Source: Chiloscyllium plagiosum (lineage: Eukaryota). Taken from it: a DNA stretch of 64,000 nucleotides. Numbering within the stretch: the stretch's first letter is position 1; every line of letters begins with the position of its first letter. The stretch covers positions 10,080,728 through 10,144,727 of the forward strand of contig NC_057749.1 of NCBI RefSeq assembly GCF_004010195.1, read 5' to 3'. The position numbers and the translations under genes were made by a program. This document shows, piece by piece, positions 38,170 to 51,285 of this stretch. The notes under the pieces are model-generated. The model was not told where the DNA came from. It saw nothing but the letters and a program-made list of their open reading frames with translations, and made no database searches.

Positions 38170-38485
38170 ATCATAGAATCCCTACAGTGTGGGCACAGGC
38201 CCTTCGGCCCAATAAGTCCACACCGACCCTCCGATGAGTAACCCACCGAGACACATTCCCCTGAGTAATGCACCTCACCTACTCATCCCTGAACACTATG
38301 GTCAATTTTGCATCGCCAGTTGACCTAACCTGCACACCTTTGGACTGTGGGAGGAAACCAGAGCATCTGGAGGAAACCCACACAGACACGGAGAGAATGT
38401 GCAAACAGACAGTCACCCGAGGCTGGAATCAAACCGGGGTCCCTGGTCCTGTGAGGCAGCAGTGCTAACCACTGAGCCACCACGC
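38170..38485 (-). mobile_element. HE1/V-SINE-like SINE
   Basis: Same consensus, reverse strand. Confidence 0.87.
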
Positions 38486-38964
38486 CCACCCCACCCCACC
38501 CCCCCCCCACCCCAATTTTCCACCGTTGTTGTCCCTGTTTCTGTCAAGCTAGGCTTGTATGCCAACAGCTCCTGTTTACTTTTATGATCATTTGCCAAAA
38601 ATGCAAGCAGTCACCAACTAGTTTTCTAATCACATTTGGGCCCAGAAGGAAGAGCCTGGAAGTGTTGTGGAGGTGAGTTCACTTGAGGCATTCAAGAGGG
38701 CATTTTTTAAAACAGAAACAAGGAACAGGAGAATGGGGAAAAAGCAGGAGGTTGACACTAAATCATTATGATCATCGGATAGCCGGTGCAGACATGATGG
38801 GCCAAACGGCCTCCTTCCACATCACACCACCTCTCTAATTCTGTATGATACACTTTGTTTGCCCCTTGACTATTTGATGGCTACAAACACCACAGTGACA
38901 GGGATGGATTGTAGACAAGGGTGTTCATTAGACCTACAATGATTCAGTGCTTGCATCTGAGAAC

Positions 38965-39785
38965 GTAGAACTTCGGACAGTACAGCAAAGGAACAGGCCC
39001 TTCTGCCAACAATGTTGTGCTGAATGTGACACCAAATTAGACCAATCCCTTCTGCATTCCCTTGGTCCATATCCCTCCATTCTTTCCAAATGCATGTGGT
39101 TATCTAACAGCCCCTATTGTACCTGCCTCCACCACTAACCCTGGCAGCATGTTCCAGACTTCTCCCCCTCTCTGAGTAAAAAGTCTGCCCCTCATTCCAT
39201 ATTTTTCTTAAATGCATGACCCCCAAGTTTTAGACATTACAACTCTGTGCAAAAGATTCTGACCACCAACCCTATCTGTGCATCTCATAATTTTATAGAT
39301 TTCTATCAAGTCTCCCCTCAGCCTCCGTCACTTCAGAGAAAACTAGCTGATTTTTTCTAGCCTCTCCTTATTCTACATAGGCCTTTGCTCTCTCACATGC
39401 TTAGCTAGCTTTAACTTAAATGCATCCAGGTTAGTAAATCATAGAATTGCCAGAGTACAGAAAGAGGCCCATTTACTCTTCACCGACTCTTGTCTCCTCC
39501 ACCCCCCCACCTCCCCCATCCAGGCCCAAGCCTTACCCTTTCCCTGCATTCCCCCTGGCTAATCCACCGAGGCTACATGTCCCTGAACACTATTCAATTT
39601 AGCAGGGCAACTTAGCATGGCCAAACCAATTCCTGCACATCTTTGGACTATGGGAGGAAACCAGAGCACCAGAGGAAACCCACAGAAACACAGGGAGAAT
39701 GTACAGACATAATGCAAACAGCTACCGATTTGAACCTGGGTTCCTGTTGCTGAAAGGCAGCAGTGCTAACCACTGAGCCACCCTA
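38965..39785 (-). mobile_element. CR1 3' end (about 38965-39380) and SINE (about 39490-39785)
   Basis: Reverse-strand matches to the repeat consensuses seen elsewhere in the window. Confidence 0.78.
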
Positions 39786-40236
39786 AAGGAAGATGATAGA
39801 GGACATTCCATTCATCTTGCCTTAGATACTATAAGGACAACCTGGAGCATCTCCATAGCAACATTCAGCTATTTCTCAAACAACTTTAAGTTTGACTCCC
39901 TCAAACAAAAGCAAAATACTGCGGATGCTGGAAATCCGAAATAAAAGCAGAGGATGCTGGAGAAACTCAGCAAGTCATGCAACATCTATGCAGAGATAAA
40001 TAGTGTGACCCTTATTGAACTCTGCTGAGTCATAACAGACTTGAAACATTAATCCTGTTTCTTTGTCCACAGATATTGCCAGCTCTGCTGAGTTTCTCCA
40101 GCTCTTCCAGCTTTCATTTGAAGAAAAATTCTCTGTATCTTTTACAATATGTTTCTGTTTCCATTATAATAACAGAATGATTTCTGTCACAAGGATTCAA
40201 ACTTCCTCAAGTAATTTTCTCAATCATTCCTTACAG

Positions 40237-40270
40237 GAGAATCGCCCCATTCCAGAACCAGGCCCTAAAG
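40237..40270 (+). CDS. SORD: SORD-like paralog B, exon 2 (34 bp): ENRPIPEPGPK
   Basis: ccttacag|GAG acceptor, AAAG|gtaatt donor; matches SORD EN.PIPEPGP. Confidence 0.93.
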
Positions 40271-40444
40271 GTAATTTATTTTATTCACCCGTACCTCAAT
40301 AATGCACATTCATTTTCAGGCAGGGTCCTGAAATATAAAATAAGTAAATGTCGGAAATATAGATCCCTGGTTTGCCGTGGGGAATAATTTAAATTCTAAA
40401 AGAAGAGCAAACTGAAGCTGAAATGATGCAAGCATTCAGCAGAA

Positions 40445-40770
40445 CGGCACAGTATGTCAGTGGTTAGCACTGCTGCCTCACCGAGCCAGGGAACTGGGTT
40501 TGATTCCAGCCTCAGGTGACTGTCTGTGTGTAGTTTGCACATTCTCCTTGTGTCTGCAGAGGGCTTCCTCCAGGGGCTCTGCTTTCCTCCCACAGTCCAA
40601 AGATGTGCAGTTTAGGCTGGATTGGCCATGCTAAATTGCTCTGTAGTGTCTAGGTGGGCTAGCCATGGGAAATGCAGGGTTACAGGGGTGAGGTTGGTGG
40701 GATGCTCTTCGGATGGTCAGTGTACACTTGGTGGGCTGGATAGCCTGGTCCCACACTGTAGGGATTCAAG
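40445..40770 (+). mobile_element. HE1/V-SINE-like SINE
   Basis: Same consensus. Confidence 0.85.
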
Positions 40771-41407
40771 GTCAGGAAGCATCTTTGGAGATGAAATGGG
40801 TGTTTTAAGTTACTGATTCTGTGCTTGCTTAAAAGCTGCCTATTGCAACTTTTCTCTGGCTGAGCAATGAATTGAATAAGGATTGAGCACCAAACATTAA
40901 CTTGAATTTATACAGCAACTTTTGAAACACCCAAGGTATTTCATTGCAGCATGTTGACGTTGAGGAGTCTTCAGGGCAGAAGACCCTTTGTTTGCCAAAG
41001 AAGCAGGTACAACTGAACCTTGTAAAAGGAGGAGGAAAGGTTTAGGGACTGAATTCTGGAGCTAAGAGTCACAAATGAATATCCGCCAATGTAGGATATG
41101 GTTCAGAAGGTCGGTGAGGACTTGGTGCACCAAGTAGCCAGCTTCCACACAGTAGGATTGCTGTGATTCAGTGGGGGTGTGACGGAATTAGGTTGGAATT
41201 AGAGAAAAGCAGACATCCTGAGATACTCCTGGAAAAGAGTGAGATGACTCGTAACTAAAATGCAAAAGAGCTATCAATCAGAGGCCTTTTAAAAAACTGA
41301 CATGAATTTACTGTGCTTGGTTCTCAAAATCCATGTATCTTGTCAAATCCTTTTTGTGAAACAGCCAAAATGTGGCCTTTACTAATGTTAGACTGCATCT
41401 CTTTAAA

Positions 41408-41612
41408 GGTTAAAAGTCACACAACACCAGGTTATAGTCCAATAGGTTTATTTGGAAGTCCTGCTCCTTCATCAGGTGGTTGTGGAGTATAACCACCTGA
41501 TGAAGGAGCAGGACTCCGAAAGCTAGTGCTTCCAACTAAACCTGTTAGACTATAACGTGGTCTTGTGTGATTTTTAACTTTGTAACCCCAGTCCAGCACT
41601 GGCTCCTCCAAA
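41408..41612. mobile_element. Palindromic short element (family 2, probably PLE-derived) with 8-bp TSD
   Basis: Inverted arms about 41408-41581; tctttaaa at 41400-41407 and 41613-41620. Confidence 0.8.
41497..41525 (+). ncRNA. Minimal type I hammerhead ribozyme motif (sense to SORD-B pre-mRNA)
   Basis: cac-CTGATGA-aGGAGcaggaCTCC-GAAAG-CTA-gtg. Confidence 0.65.
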
Positions 41613-41638
41613 TCTTTAAAATTTATAATTTCTTTCAG

Positions 41639-41803
41639 AGGTGCTACTGAAGATAGATTCCGTCGGGATCTGTGGCTCAGATGTCCATTACTGGCAAAAT
41701 GGAAGGATTGGAGATTTTGTTGTGAAGAAGCCAATGGTTCTGGGGCATGAGGCTGCAGGGACAATATTCAGAGTGGGGTCTGGAGTGCAACATCTTAAAC
41801 CAG
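41639..41803 (+). CDS. SORD: SORD-like paralog B, exon 3 (165 bp): [55 protein letters not shown]
   Basis: tctttcag|AG acceptor, CCAG|gtcagt donor; catalytic Cys and GHE motif. Confidence 0.97.
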
Positions 41804-42179
41804 GTCAGTGCGCAAAACTGAGAAGTGTTTATTTTTCCTCAACAGTTGAATGTACGTGCCTCTGATTCATGGGCACAACTAACCCCACTCACTGAACGGG
41901 AGGATGGGACAGAATGAAAGTACGTATCATTTGTTCATTTGCTCAGAGCTCACCTTCACCCAGTGGCCTAAGGGTTATGAGAAGGCAAAGTGCCCACTGG
42001 GTTGGCTTACAATGCAAAAGGTGCAGTTCGTTCCATTTTCTCAAACATTACCCAGCGATCCCGGAACTGACACAACATTTTTTTAAAATCCCATTCTAAA
42101 CAATCATCTCCCTTTCCTCAGAATTTGACCACCTTGAAATGAAGTTCTGAAGGCAATATTCACCCTTGGGGGTCTTTTC

Positions 42180-42500
42180 ATAGTATCCCTACAGTGTGAG
42201 AGCTGGCCATTCGGCCCTTCAAGTCCCACCGACCTCCCAAAGTGCATTCCACCCAGACCCAAACCCTTCCTGCCCTATCACCCTGTCTTTTGCATGGCTA
42301 ACCCACCTTGCCTGCACACCCCTGGACAATTTCCCATGGCTAGTCCACCTGACCACATCTTTGGACTGTGGGTGGAAACTAGAACACCTGGAGGAAACCA
42401 ATACAGACACAGGGAGTGTGTGCAAACTCCACAGACAGCCACCTGAGTGTGGGGTCGAACCCCTGTCCCAGGTACTGTGCTAACCACTGAGCCACTGTGC
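42180..42500 (-). mobile_element. HE1/V-SINE-like SINE
   Basis: Same consensus, reverse strand. Confidence 0.85.
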
Positions 42501-43303
42501 TGACCTGTCTTCTTGCAAAATTGACTTGGAGGTCCTGGAATCAATCCACATTTTTTTTAATATCCTTTCTTTCCAACCATGCTCCTTTCTTCAGAATTTG
42601 ACCCCCTTACTGAAAAGTGGACCTGATGTTAATACTCACCATTGGATGCCATTTTGAAGTGGCTGTTGATTGGGGAGTGCAGGTGGATTGGTCAAGGACA
42701 AAACCCATTGCTTCCTAACTGTGTTTCAGCCTTTCATATCCAGTGGCAATGCATTTGCTCCAGTTGGAAGTTTAAAATGAGCTGACCTACCCTCTTTAGC
42801 TTGAGAGTACCATGCTCAATGTTAGTTCCCATACCATTACCCTTTTGAGGACCAGCCATCCTAACCAGGGTTTGAATCTGCAACATTGTACTGGGTTTCT
42901 GAATCTAATAGAGTGTTTTCAAAGTGAGACCTGTGTTCGACAATGTCTTTTTGATGGTCTGTGATGAATGATCATCACCATAGTATGAACCCTGCCCAGG
43001 TCCTTGACTTATGGAAGCCTTTCCATGGTTCTCTCTTTCTGCCAGTCTATTAATTTGCCAGTAAGTTCTGAGAATTTTCAAGTTACCCAACGCAGGAATT
43101 CTCTTCCTCTCCTTTTCACTTCATCACCAATGTTCCCAACCCAGCCTCTTCATCTGCGACTAATAATGGTCAGCAAATTGTTTTGTTCACTCCTGCGGTA
43201 TTTCCCCAGGTGACCACTCCTTGTGATATTTGCCAACTCTACCAGAATGAGGGACTGGGTAAGTATTGTTTGAGATAGTTCACTGCGACCAAACCTTTTT
43301 TAT

Positions 43304-43699
43304 CGAGTTTTGAGAAGATTTGTAGCTCAGGTTGAGGTTTTGGATGTAGGTTTGCTCGCTGAGCTGCAAGGTTCATTTCCAGATGTTTCTCACTAGTATC
43401 CTCACATATGGATGAGGAAGGACACTACTTTGACTGGGACAACACATCCATCATAGGACAAGGCAAACAGAGACATGCACTGGAACTCTATCAACAAACA
43501 CATCGAGTTAGACCCCATCTACCACCCCCAAGAAAAGGAACAGGAAGTGACTTCACCAACCCAAAGAAACTCAAACATATATCGAGAAAGCAGGAATTCT
43601 CAGCATTGCTTCGCCTGAGGCCCACTGAAGATGTTACCTAGTAGGGCAATGAAACATCTGGAAATGAACCTTGCAGCTCAGTGAGCAAACCTACACCCA
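43304..43699. mobile_element. PLE 3' fragment with inverted terminus and 13-bp TSD
   Basis: GHYFDWDNTSIIGQ remnant; aaaccttttttat at 43291-43303 and 43700-43712. Confidence 0.82.
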
Positions 43700-44946
43700 A
43701 AACCTTTTTTATGTTAGGGCTCATCCCAGTTGTTATTAATAGATAATGGGAATCGATTTAGCTCAGTTGGCTGGATTGTTGGTTTACAGCGCAGTGTAAT
43801 GCCAACAGTGTGGGTTTAATCCCCATCACCGGTTTGAGATTACCATGAAGGACTCTCCTTCTCAACATCTTCCCTCGCTTGAGATCTGGTGGCCCTCAGG
43901 TTAAATCCCCACCAGTTGCTTCTCTGTCATAAGAGAGCAGCCCCTACGGTCTGGTAAGACTATAGTGACACAACCAACCAGTCGATGATACACCACAGTA
44001 GAACATCTACCGAAGAGGCACTATTTTTAGCTAACAAGAAGGTTTATTTCATGATAGTAATAAGTACACCTACAGTTGGTTAAACATAATTACTAGAACC
44101 ATAGGGAACTGGTACAGATGGATATACTCCCTCCAAAAGCTAGTTTTTAAAAATTCATTCATGGGTTGAGGGTGTTGCTGGATAGGCCAGCATTTATTAC
44201 CCATCCCTAAGTCAAGAGGCAATCACATTGCTGTAGGTCTGGAGTCACATGTAGGCCAGACCAGGTAAGGATGGCAGTTTTCTTCCCGAAAAGATGTTAG
44301 TGAACCAGATGGGAGTTTTCTGACAATCGATTGATGGTTATCATTCCAGATGTTTATTGAATCCAAATTCCACCATCTCCCATGGCTGGATTTGAACCCA
44401 GCTGCCCAGAGCATTACCTGGGTCCCTGGATTAACAGTCCAGCAATAATATCACGAGGCCGTTGCCTCCCCGAAACTCGAGTAGAAGTCCCCTCTTTGTT
44501 TCTATCCACACACGGTAAGACATCAGTAAAAGGGGTGCAGCTAGTGTAACATTAACACTGACCTTCAGAACCAATGCCTAGTACAAAGATTCTCTCTACA
44601 CATCATTCCATTATATATCACACATTCAGTAAATGCTGAAGAAACTTAGCAGATCTGGCAGCATCTGCAGAGAGAGAAGTAGATCCAGTGTTTCGGGTCA
44701 GAACTTCATCATTTTTTATTTTTCTTGTATGGCCAATCCTTCCTGTTCACTTCCAAATTCACATTTCAAATCGTGGTTTGACCTTCTCTCGAAGGTCTGT
44801 ATCTCTCATCCAGTTAATAAGCAGAAGGCAAACACATATTTCATACCAACGTGGGGCCAGTATAAAGGTGACCTGTCCTAAGATAATAACCAGTGGTTTA
44901 CTCTTGCATTGATGTACTGAGTGTCGAGGTGTTTGCTCCACTGCAG

Positions 44947-45106
44947 GTGATAGGGTCGCCATTGAGCCCGGAATCCCCAGAGAAATTGACGAACATTGCC
45001 GAACTGGGCGTTACAACCTCTCGCCAACAATCTTCTTCTCTGCTACCCCTCCCGATGATGGGAACCTTTGCCAATACAATACCCACGATGCCAGCTACTG
45101 TTACAA
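44947..45106 (+). CDS. SORD: SORD-like paralog B, exon 4 (160 bp): [54 protein letters not shown]
   Basis: ctgcag|GT acceptor, AA|gtgagc donor; GDRVAIEP and ATPPDDG motifs. Confidence 0.96.
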
Positions 45107-45279
45107 GTGAGCATCTGTTTCATGTAATAATATATTTATGAAGATCCTTGGGCAGCTTTGTGTTAAAGAGTGAGAATTGGTTATGTACAGCTTGGGGACT
45201 AACCACTCCACAAGAGGAGGGGGGACGGTGAGGAAGCAGGTCTTCTGCAAACTATGACAATTTGAACATTTGACGTCTC

Positions 45280-45940
45280 TGGAACTATACTTGGTGGAGT
45301 TTAGAAGGATGAGGAGGGATCTAGTTGAAACTTACAGTTTACTGAACAGCCTGGACAGAGTGGACATTGGGAAGATGTTTCCACTGACAGGAGAGACGAG
45401 GACCCAAGAGCGCATACTTAGAGGAAAGGGAATAGCCCCTAGAACCGAGATAAGGAGAAATCTCTTTAGCCAGAGAATGGTGAATCAGTTGAAGTCATTG
45501 CCACAGAAGGCTGTGGAGGTCATTGAGTATATTTAAAACAAAGAGAGTTAAATTCTTGATTGCCAAGAGGGTCAAGGCTATGGGGTGAAAGAGGGATTAG
45601 ATTAGATTAGATTCCCTAAAGTGTGGAAACGGCCCTTCAGCCCAACCAGTCCACACCGACCCTCTGAAGAGCAACCCATCCAGACCCATCCCCCTCTGAC
45701 TAATGCATCTAACACTATGGGCAATTTAGCATGGCCAATTCACCTGACCTGCACATCTTTGGACTGTGGGAGGAAACCGGAGCACCCGGAGGAAACCCAC
45801 GCAGACACGGGGAGAATGTGCAAACTCCACACAGACAGTTGTCCAAGGCTAAGAATGGGCTTGAGAAACTTATCAAACATGATTGAATGGCCGAGCAGAT
45901 TGATGGGCCGAATGGCCTAATTTCTGCTCCTATGTCTAAT
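45280..45940. mobile_element. CR1-type LINE 3' end (+) with nested SINE (-) at about 45597-45850
   Basis: RRMRRDLVETY...RRNLFSQRMVN, interrupted by (attag)n and the SINE body. Confidence 0.82.
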
Positions 45941-46159
45941 TTCTTATGGTATAGAGGTTGGACTGTGTGCTTTATTCTGCACTGCACTCTAGTTATCTAG
46001 CCAACTGAACTAATTGCGTCAACTGAGGTTACATTGAAGGTCCCACCTTCTCAACCTCACCCCTTCTCTGAGGCATGGTGACCCTCAGGTTACACTACTA
46101 CCCGTTGTCGCTCTCACGATTGAGACAGCAGCACTGTGATCCTCTGGGGCGATCGAATC

Positions 46160-47060
46160 AGCCCCTTTGGCCCATCAAGTCTGTGCTGCCAAAAATAAAT
46201 AACTAGCTATATTAGTCCCACTGCACCTGAATGTTATAATATTGCATGTGCTCATGCATGTACTTGTAAAAGGTTGTGAGGTTTCCCACCTCAACTATCC
46301 TTCCAGGTAGTGACTTCCAGACCCCTGCCACCCTCTTGGTGAAAAAGGTTTTCTTCCAGTCCCCTCTAAACCTCACTTTAAAATTATGCCTCCTTGTTAT
46401 TGACCCTTCGACTGTGGGGAGCAGATGCTTTATTTTTATCTTGTCCATGCCCCTCGTAATGTTACACATGTTTATCAGCACTTCTCCCAACTTGCTTTGC
46501 ATTGAAGCAAACAGCTTGTCCAGCCTCTCTTCATAGCTGCAACATGCTGGTGAATCTCCTTGGCACTACTCCAGTGCAGTCATACATTGTCGACTTCATA
46601 CCTCAGTTCTGATCCCCATGGTGGGTTGAAGCAATATATTATGGGGTAATGGGATAACATTGGGAATTTATAAAAATGGAAATTTTGACTGCGTGGATGG
46701 AGAATGTAAAGGCCTTTTTCCTTGGGTATTAATCTGGCCTATGTCCTAAATACCCAGTTAAACACATATGCATAGCAACTCAGGTGGAGGTTAAGTGGTT
46801 AGCACTGCCACCTTACTGTGCCAGGAACTTGGGTTCAATTTCCACCCTCAGGCGACTGTGCAGAGTTTTCACCTTCTCCCTGTGTCTGCGTGGGTTTCCT
46901 CCATGTGGTCTGGTTTCCTCCCACAGTCCAAAGATATGCAGGCTGGATGTATTAGCCATGGGAAATGCAGGGATAGGGTAGGGAGGGACCAGGGTCTGGG
47001 TGGGAGGGTCAGTGTGGACTCGATGGGCCGAATGGCCTGCTTCCACACTGTAGGGATTCA
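46160..47060. mobile_element. CR1 3' end (-, about 46160-46585) and SINE (+, about 46785-47060)
   Basis: Matches to the window's repeat consensuses. Confidence 0.8.
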
Positions 47061-47904
47061 ACGTTACTGTGGCCCTCAAAGAAATAAAGTGTTGCAATTC
47101 CTGTGAGCTGAAGCGTTCTTGTTTATAAGACAGTGATGTGCCCTAAGCAAACAGTAGGTCTATTTATTACACTTTTTGGATTGGATTTCCACTGCACACC
47201 CCTGTCACATGATCAAGAGACAAATATTGTGCTCATGTTACAGAGCTCCAGAACAGTGACCTATCATTAGTTTTGGCAAGTAGGTACTTGAAGTAACAGA
47301 ATATGCCAGTGTGTATTTGAAACCAGCTTATCAAAAAAATTACGCAATATAATCTTTCAGGTTACTTTGCAAATTTTCCAACCAATTCTTTCAGAAAGGA
47401 AATTAAGAACAAAGAATCTCTATGCAAGTTTTCACTCTCACGTGGGTTCATTAGACTAACAACATTTTACCAATTCTGTTCCTAAATTGTCTACACTCCT
47501 AGTGACATGCCATGATTTAATCTAAAAGGGTTACCCTATCTTAGAACTCATGTACTGAATACATTTCCTGCTGGAACTTGGATTTGGCAAATTCTCACTG
47601 TACTGCCTAAGATTTCTCTTAAAAATGGATTTAATCGCAGAGAGAATCACAGAGTTGTTGCTGTGCAGAAGGAAGCCATTTGGCCCATCGAATCTGCACT
47701 GGCCCTCTGAATATGCATTTTGACTTAGTGCCATTTTTTTGTCATCCTGTAAGTTGTTCTATATAAATAATCAGCAGTGCCCTCTTGAATGCTTCAATTC
47801 AACTCTGCATTCTAGACAGTGCACTCCAGACCATTGTACCATTGCAGTTCGACCTCCCTATTCTTCGATTCCCACCCCCTTAGAATAAGGGCCAATGTTC
47901 CATT

Positions 47905-48133
47905 AGAGTGTTGCTGGAAAAGCACAGCAGGTCAGACAGCATCCAAGGTGCAGGGAAATCAATGTTTCGGGCAAAAGCTCTTCATCAGGAATGAATGAAG
48001 CTCCTAATGAAGGGTTTTTGCCCGAAACCTCAATTTTCCTGCTGCTCAGATGCTGCCTGACCTGCTGAGCTTTTCCAGCACCACTCTAATCTTGACTCTG
48101 ATCTCCAGCATCTGCAGTCCTCACATTCGCCTG
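47905..48133. mobile_element. Palindromic PLE-derived short element (family 1)
   Basis: Inverted arms spanning 47903-48089; near-TSD atgttccatt (47895-47904) / atattccatt (48134-48143). Confidence 0.8.
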
Positions 48134-48380
48134 ATATTCCATTTGCCTTCCTGAATATCTACTGCCTGTCTGTTCAAGCTATCTGAGTATCTTGCACAAG
48201 CGTACCCCCAAGTCCCTCTGTGTTGCAGCTCTGCACAGTTTCTCTCCATTTAAATAATATTCTGTTCTTTTGTTCTCCTTTCCAAAATGAACAACCTTGC
48301 ATTACACTGCATTTGCCAAATTTTTCCCATGTACTTAATCTATCAATATCTCTCTGTTAATTGCTTGTATCCCTCTCACA

Positions 48381-48534
48381 GTCAAAAAGTGCGGTGCTGG
48401 AAAAACACAGCCGGTCAGGTAGCATCCCAGGAGCAGGAGAGTCGACATTTCGAGCATAGCTCTTCATCAGGTGCTTTTCCAGCACCGCATTTTTTGATTC
48501 GGATCTCCAGCATCTGCAGTCCTCACTTTCTCCC
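48381..48534. mobile_element. Partly palindromic PLE-derived short element (family 1) with 15-bp TSD, nested in a decayed CR1 fragment
   Basis: tgtatccctctcaca at 48366-48380 and 48535-48549. Confidence 0.83.
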
Positions 48535-48732
48535 TGTATCCCTCTCACAACCTACCTTTCCTCCTATTTTTGTGTTGTCTGCACATTTGGCTATAGTACA
48601 TTCATTTCCTTCTTTCAAGTCACAAATATCTATTGGAAACAGTTGCAATCGCAGCACAGGTCCCTGTGGAAACCCACTGGTCCCAGAAATGAACCCCTTA
48701 ACCCCACTCATGGTTTCCTGCCCATCAGCCAA

Positions 48733-49040
48733 TTAGATTAGATTAGATTACAGTGTGGAAACAGGCCCTTCGGCCCAACAAGTCCACACCGACCCGCCGA
48801 AGCGCAACCCACCCATACCCCTATATTTACCCATTACCTAACTCTACGGGCAATTTAACATGGTCAATTCACCTAACCTGCACATCTTTGGGATTGTGGG
48901 AGGAAACCGGAGGAAACCCACGCAGACACGGGGAGAACGTGCAAACTCCACACAGTCATTCGCCTGAGTCAGGAACTGAACCCGGGTCTCTGGCGCTGTG
49001 AGGCAGCAGTGCTAACCACTGTGCCACCGTGCCGCCCACG
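48733..49040 (-). mobile_element. HE1/V-SINE-like SINE, young CpG-rich copy with (ctaat)n tail
   Basis: Full head-to-tail consensus. Confidence 0.9.
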
Positions 49041-49392
49041 GTGAACAGGAGAATCGACGTTTCGGGCATAAGCCCTTCTTCAGGAATGAGGAAAGTGTGT
49101 CCAGCAGGCTAAGATAAAAGGTAGGGAGGAGGGACTTGGGGGAGGAGCATTGGAAATGCGATAGGTGGAAGGAGGTCAAGGTGAGGATGATATGCCGGGG
49201 TGGGGTGGGGGCGGAGAGGTCCAGAAGAAGATTGCAGGTTAAGAGGGCGGTGCTGAGTTCGAGGGATTTGCCAGAGGTGTTCTCTGAAACGTTCCTCCGC
49301 AAGTAGGCCTGTCTCCCCAATATAGAGGAGGCCACATCGGGTGCAGCGGATGCAATAGATGATGTGTGTGGAGGTGGTGGTGAATTTGTGAG
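49041..49392 (-). mobile_element. PLE GIY-YIG fragment plus 3' terminus
   Basis: IIYCIRCTRCGLLYIGETG...RFREHL. Confidence 0.85.
49056..49083 (-). ncRNA. Minimal hammerhead ribozyme motif, intact core
   Basis: CTGAAGA-aGGGCttatGCCC-GAAAC-GTC. Confidence 0.7.
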
Positions 49393-49954
49393 AGAGATGA
49401 GCCAAATGCAGGCAAATGGGATGAGTCCAGTTTAGGATATCTGGATGGCATGGGCGAGTTGGACTGAAGGGTCTGTTACCGTGCTGTATGCCTCTATTCA
49501 TTCATCGATGCTCAATTTGAATGGAAGTGGCTCTGAAAAACCCTCCTGTGACATTTAACGCCATTGATTTATATGAACTTTTAATTAAAATCCTGAGAAG
49601 TTACAAAATGTCTTTGAATGAATAGAAGACGGACTCTCTTTAGTTGTAAGGCAGGATTTCCCTTGTGAAAGTTTGGGGACCTGAGCTCACTGCTGCCATG
49701 TCACTGTGTTCCACTGCACCCTCTCTCACTCTCACAAAGCATCATCCCCCTGCAATCCCAGATCTTCTCGCCCAACACCCCCACTCTGCCAGTTCACTCA
49801 CTTAGGGACCATGACGATTGGGAAGACTCAAAGAGGAATCAGGGTGGGAAAATGCATGGGTAACGCTGTTACCAGTGGTTGATTGTCAGTCTGTATTTGT
49901 CAGTTACTGACGCACATGTAGCACTTCAGTTTAAGGGAAATCCTTTCTGTACTC

Positions 49955-50262
49955 TCAGGTGGTTCAGTGGTGAGCACTTTGCCTCACAGCGCCAGAGACC
50001 TGGGTTCAATTTCTGCCTCAGGCGATTGACTGTGTGGAGTTTGCACATTCTCCCCGTGTTTGCGTGGGTTTCCTCCGGTGCTCCAGTTTCCTCCCACAAT
50101 CCAAAAATGTGCAGGTTAGGGTGAATTGGCCGTGCTAAATTGCCCATAGTGTTAGGTGAAGGGGTAAATGTAGGGGAATGGGTCTGGGTGGGTTACGCTT
50201 CGGCAGGTCGGTGTGGACTTGTTGGGCCGAAGATCCTGTTTCCACACTGTAGGTAATCTAAA
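49955..50262 (+). mobile_element. HE1/V-SINE-like SINE
   Basis: Same consensus. Confidence 0.88.
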
Positions 50263-50611
50263 CTTGGAACTTTCAGAAATGCTGTTCTCGATGTTATAAA
50301 TCATAATTACATGCCTGTCTGGTATTTCCCTGTATCTTGTCCTTGAAATTCAACCTGTCTGTATATCAACAAGCCAGACTTGAGATGAAATTACCTTTAT
50401 GCCTCTCCCTTCCTCCTATGGTGCTCACTAATGAGGAAGCTAATTTCTTTCTTCTCACGGAAACTGGTTGGACTAGATAGACATCTTTACAAATGCAAAA
50501 GGCTCAAGGTTATATTCAGCTGCTGCCTTTGACCTTCAAAGGGAAAAATTTGCACTTATAAAGCACCTTTCATCATGTCCCAAAGTGTCTCACTGTCAGT
50601 AGAGTACACAA

Positions 50612-50804
50612 TTTGGAGATGCCGATGTTGGACTGGGGTGTACAAAGTTAAAAATCACACAGCACCAGGTTATAGTCCAACAGGTTTATTTGGAAGCACT
50701 AGCTTTTGGAGCGCTGATCCAGAGTTTTGCATTGACAGCCACCTGATGAAGGAGCTGCACTCCGAAAGCTAGTGCTTCTGAATAAACCTGTTGGACTATA
50801 ACCT
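50612..50804. mobile_element. Palindromic short element (family 2) with hammerhead motif at 50743-50771
   Basis: aggttatagtccaacaggtttatt ... aataaacctgttggactataacct arms; cac-CTGATGA-aGGAGctgcaCTCC-GAAAG-CTA-gtg. Confidence 0.78.
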
Positions 50805-51074
50805 AGTAAAATACACAGTTGCAATGTGGCAACCAACTGGCACACAGCAAGCTCCCCACAAATAAAATCCATTTATGACTGGATCATCTGTCTTTTCTTT
50901 TTAGAAATTATAAAATAAACCTTTTGTTTGAGAGTACAGTCGCCTCATGTCTTAAAGTTCATTTTAATGGAAAAGGCTTGGGTGGTAGAACTCTGGGTAT
51001 TGTTGCTGAAATAGTGTTCCTGTTGTGAAAGAACTTCAGAGGGTTTTGCTACTGAAGTCATTGTTGGCAACATC

Positions 51075-51285
51075 ACATCTACCACATTGTATCCACCATA
51101 TTGTATCCACCATGTTATATCTCCCACACTGTAACTATCCACATTGCTTCTGCCTCATTGTATCTACCACACTATCTATCCATACTCTTTCTTCCTCATT
51201 GTATCTACTGACATTGTATCTATCTATGGTGTATCTATCTACATTGTATCTATTCACATTGTACCTATTTACATTGTTCTTATCC
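51075..51285. repeat. Degenerate short tandem repeat (acattgtatc..., about 15-bp period)
   Basis: Recurrent cattgtatct motif. Confidence 0.65.
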
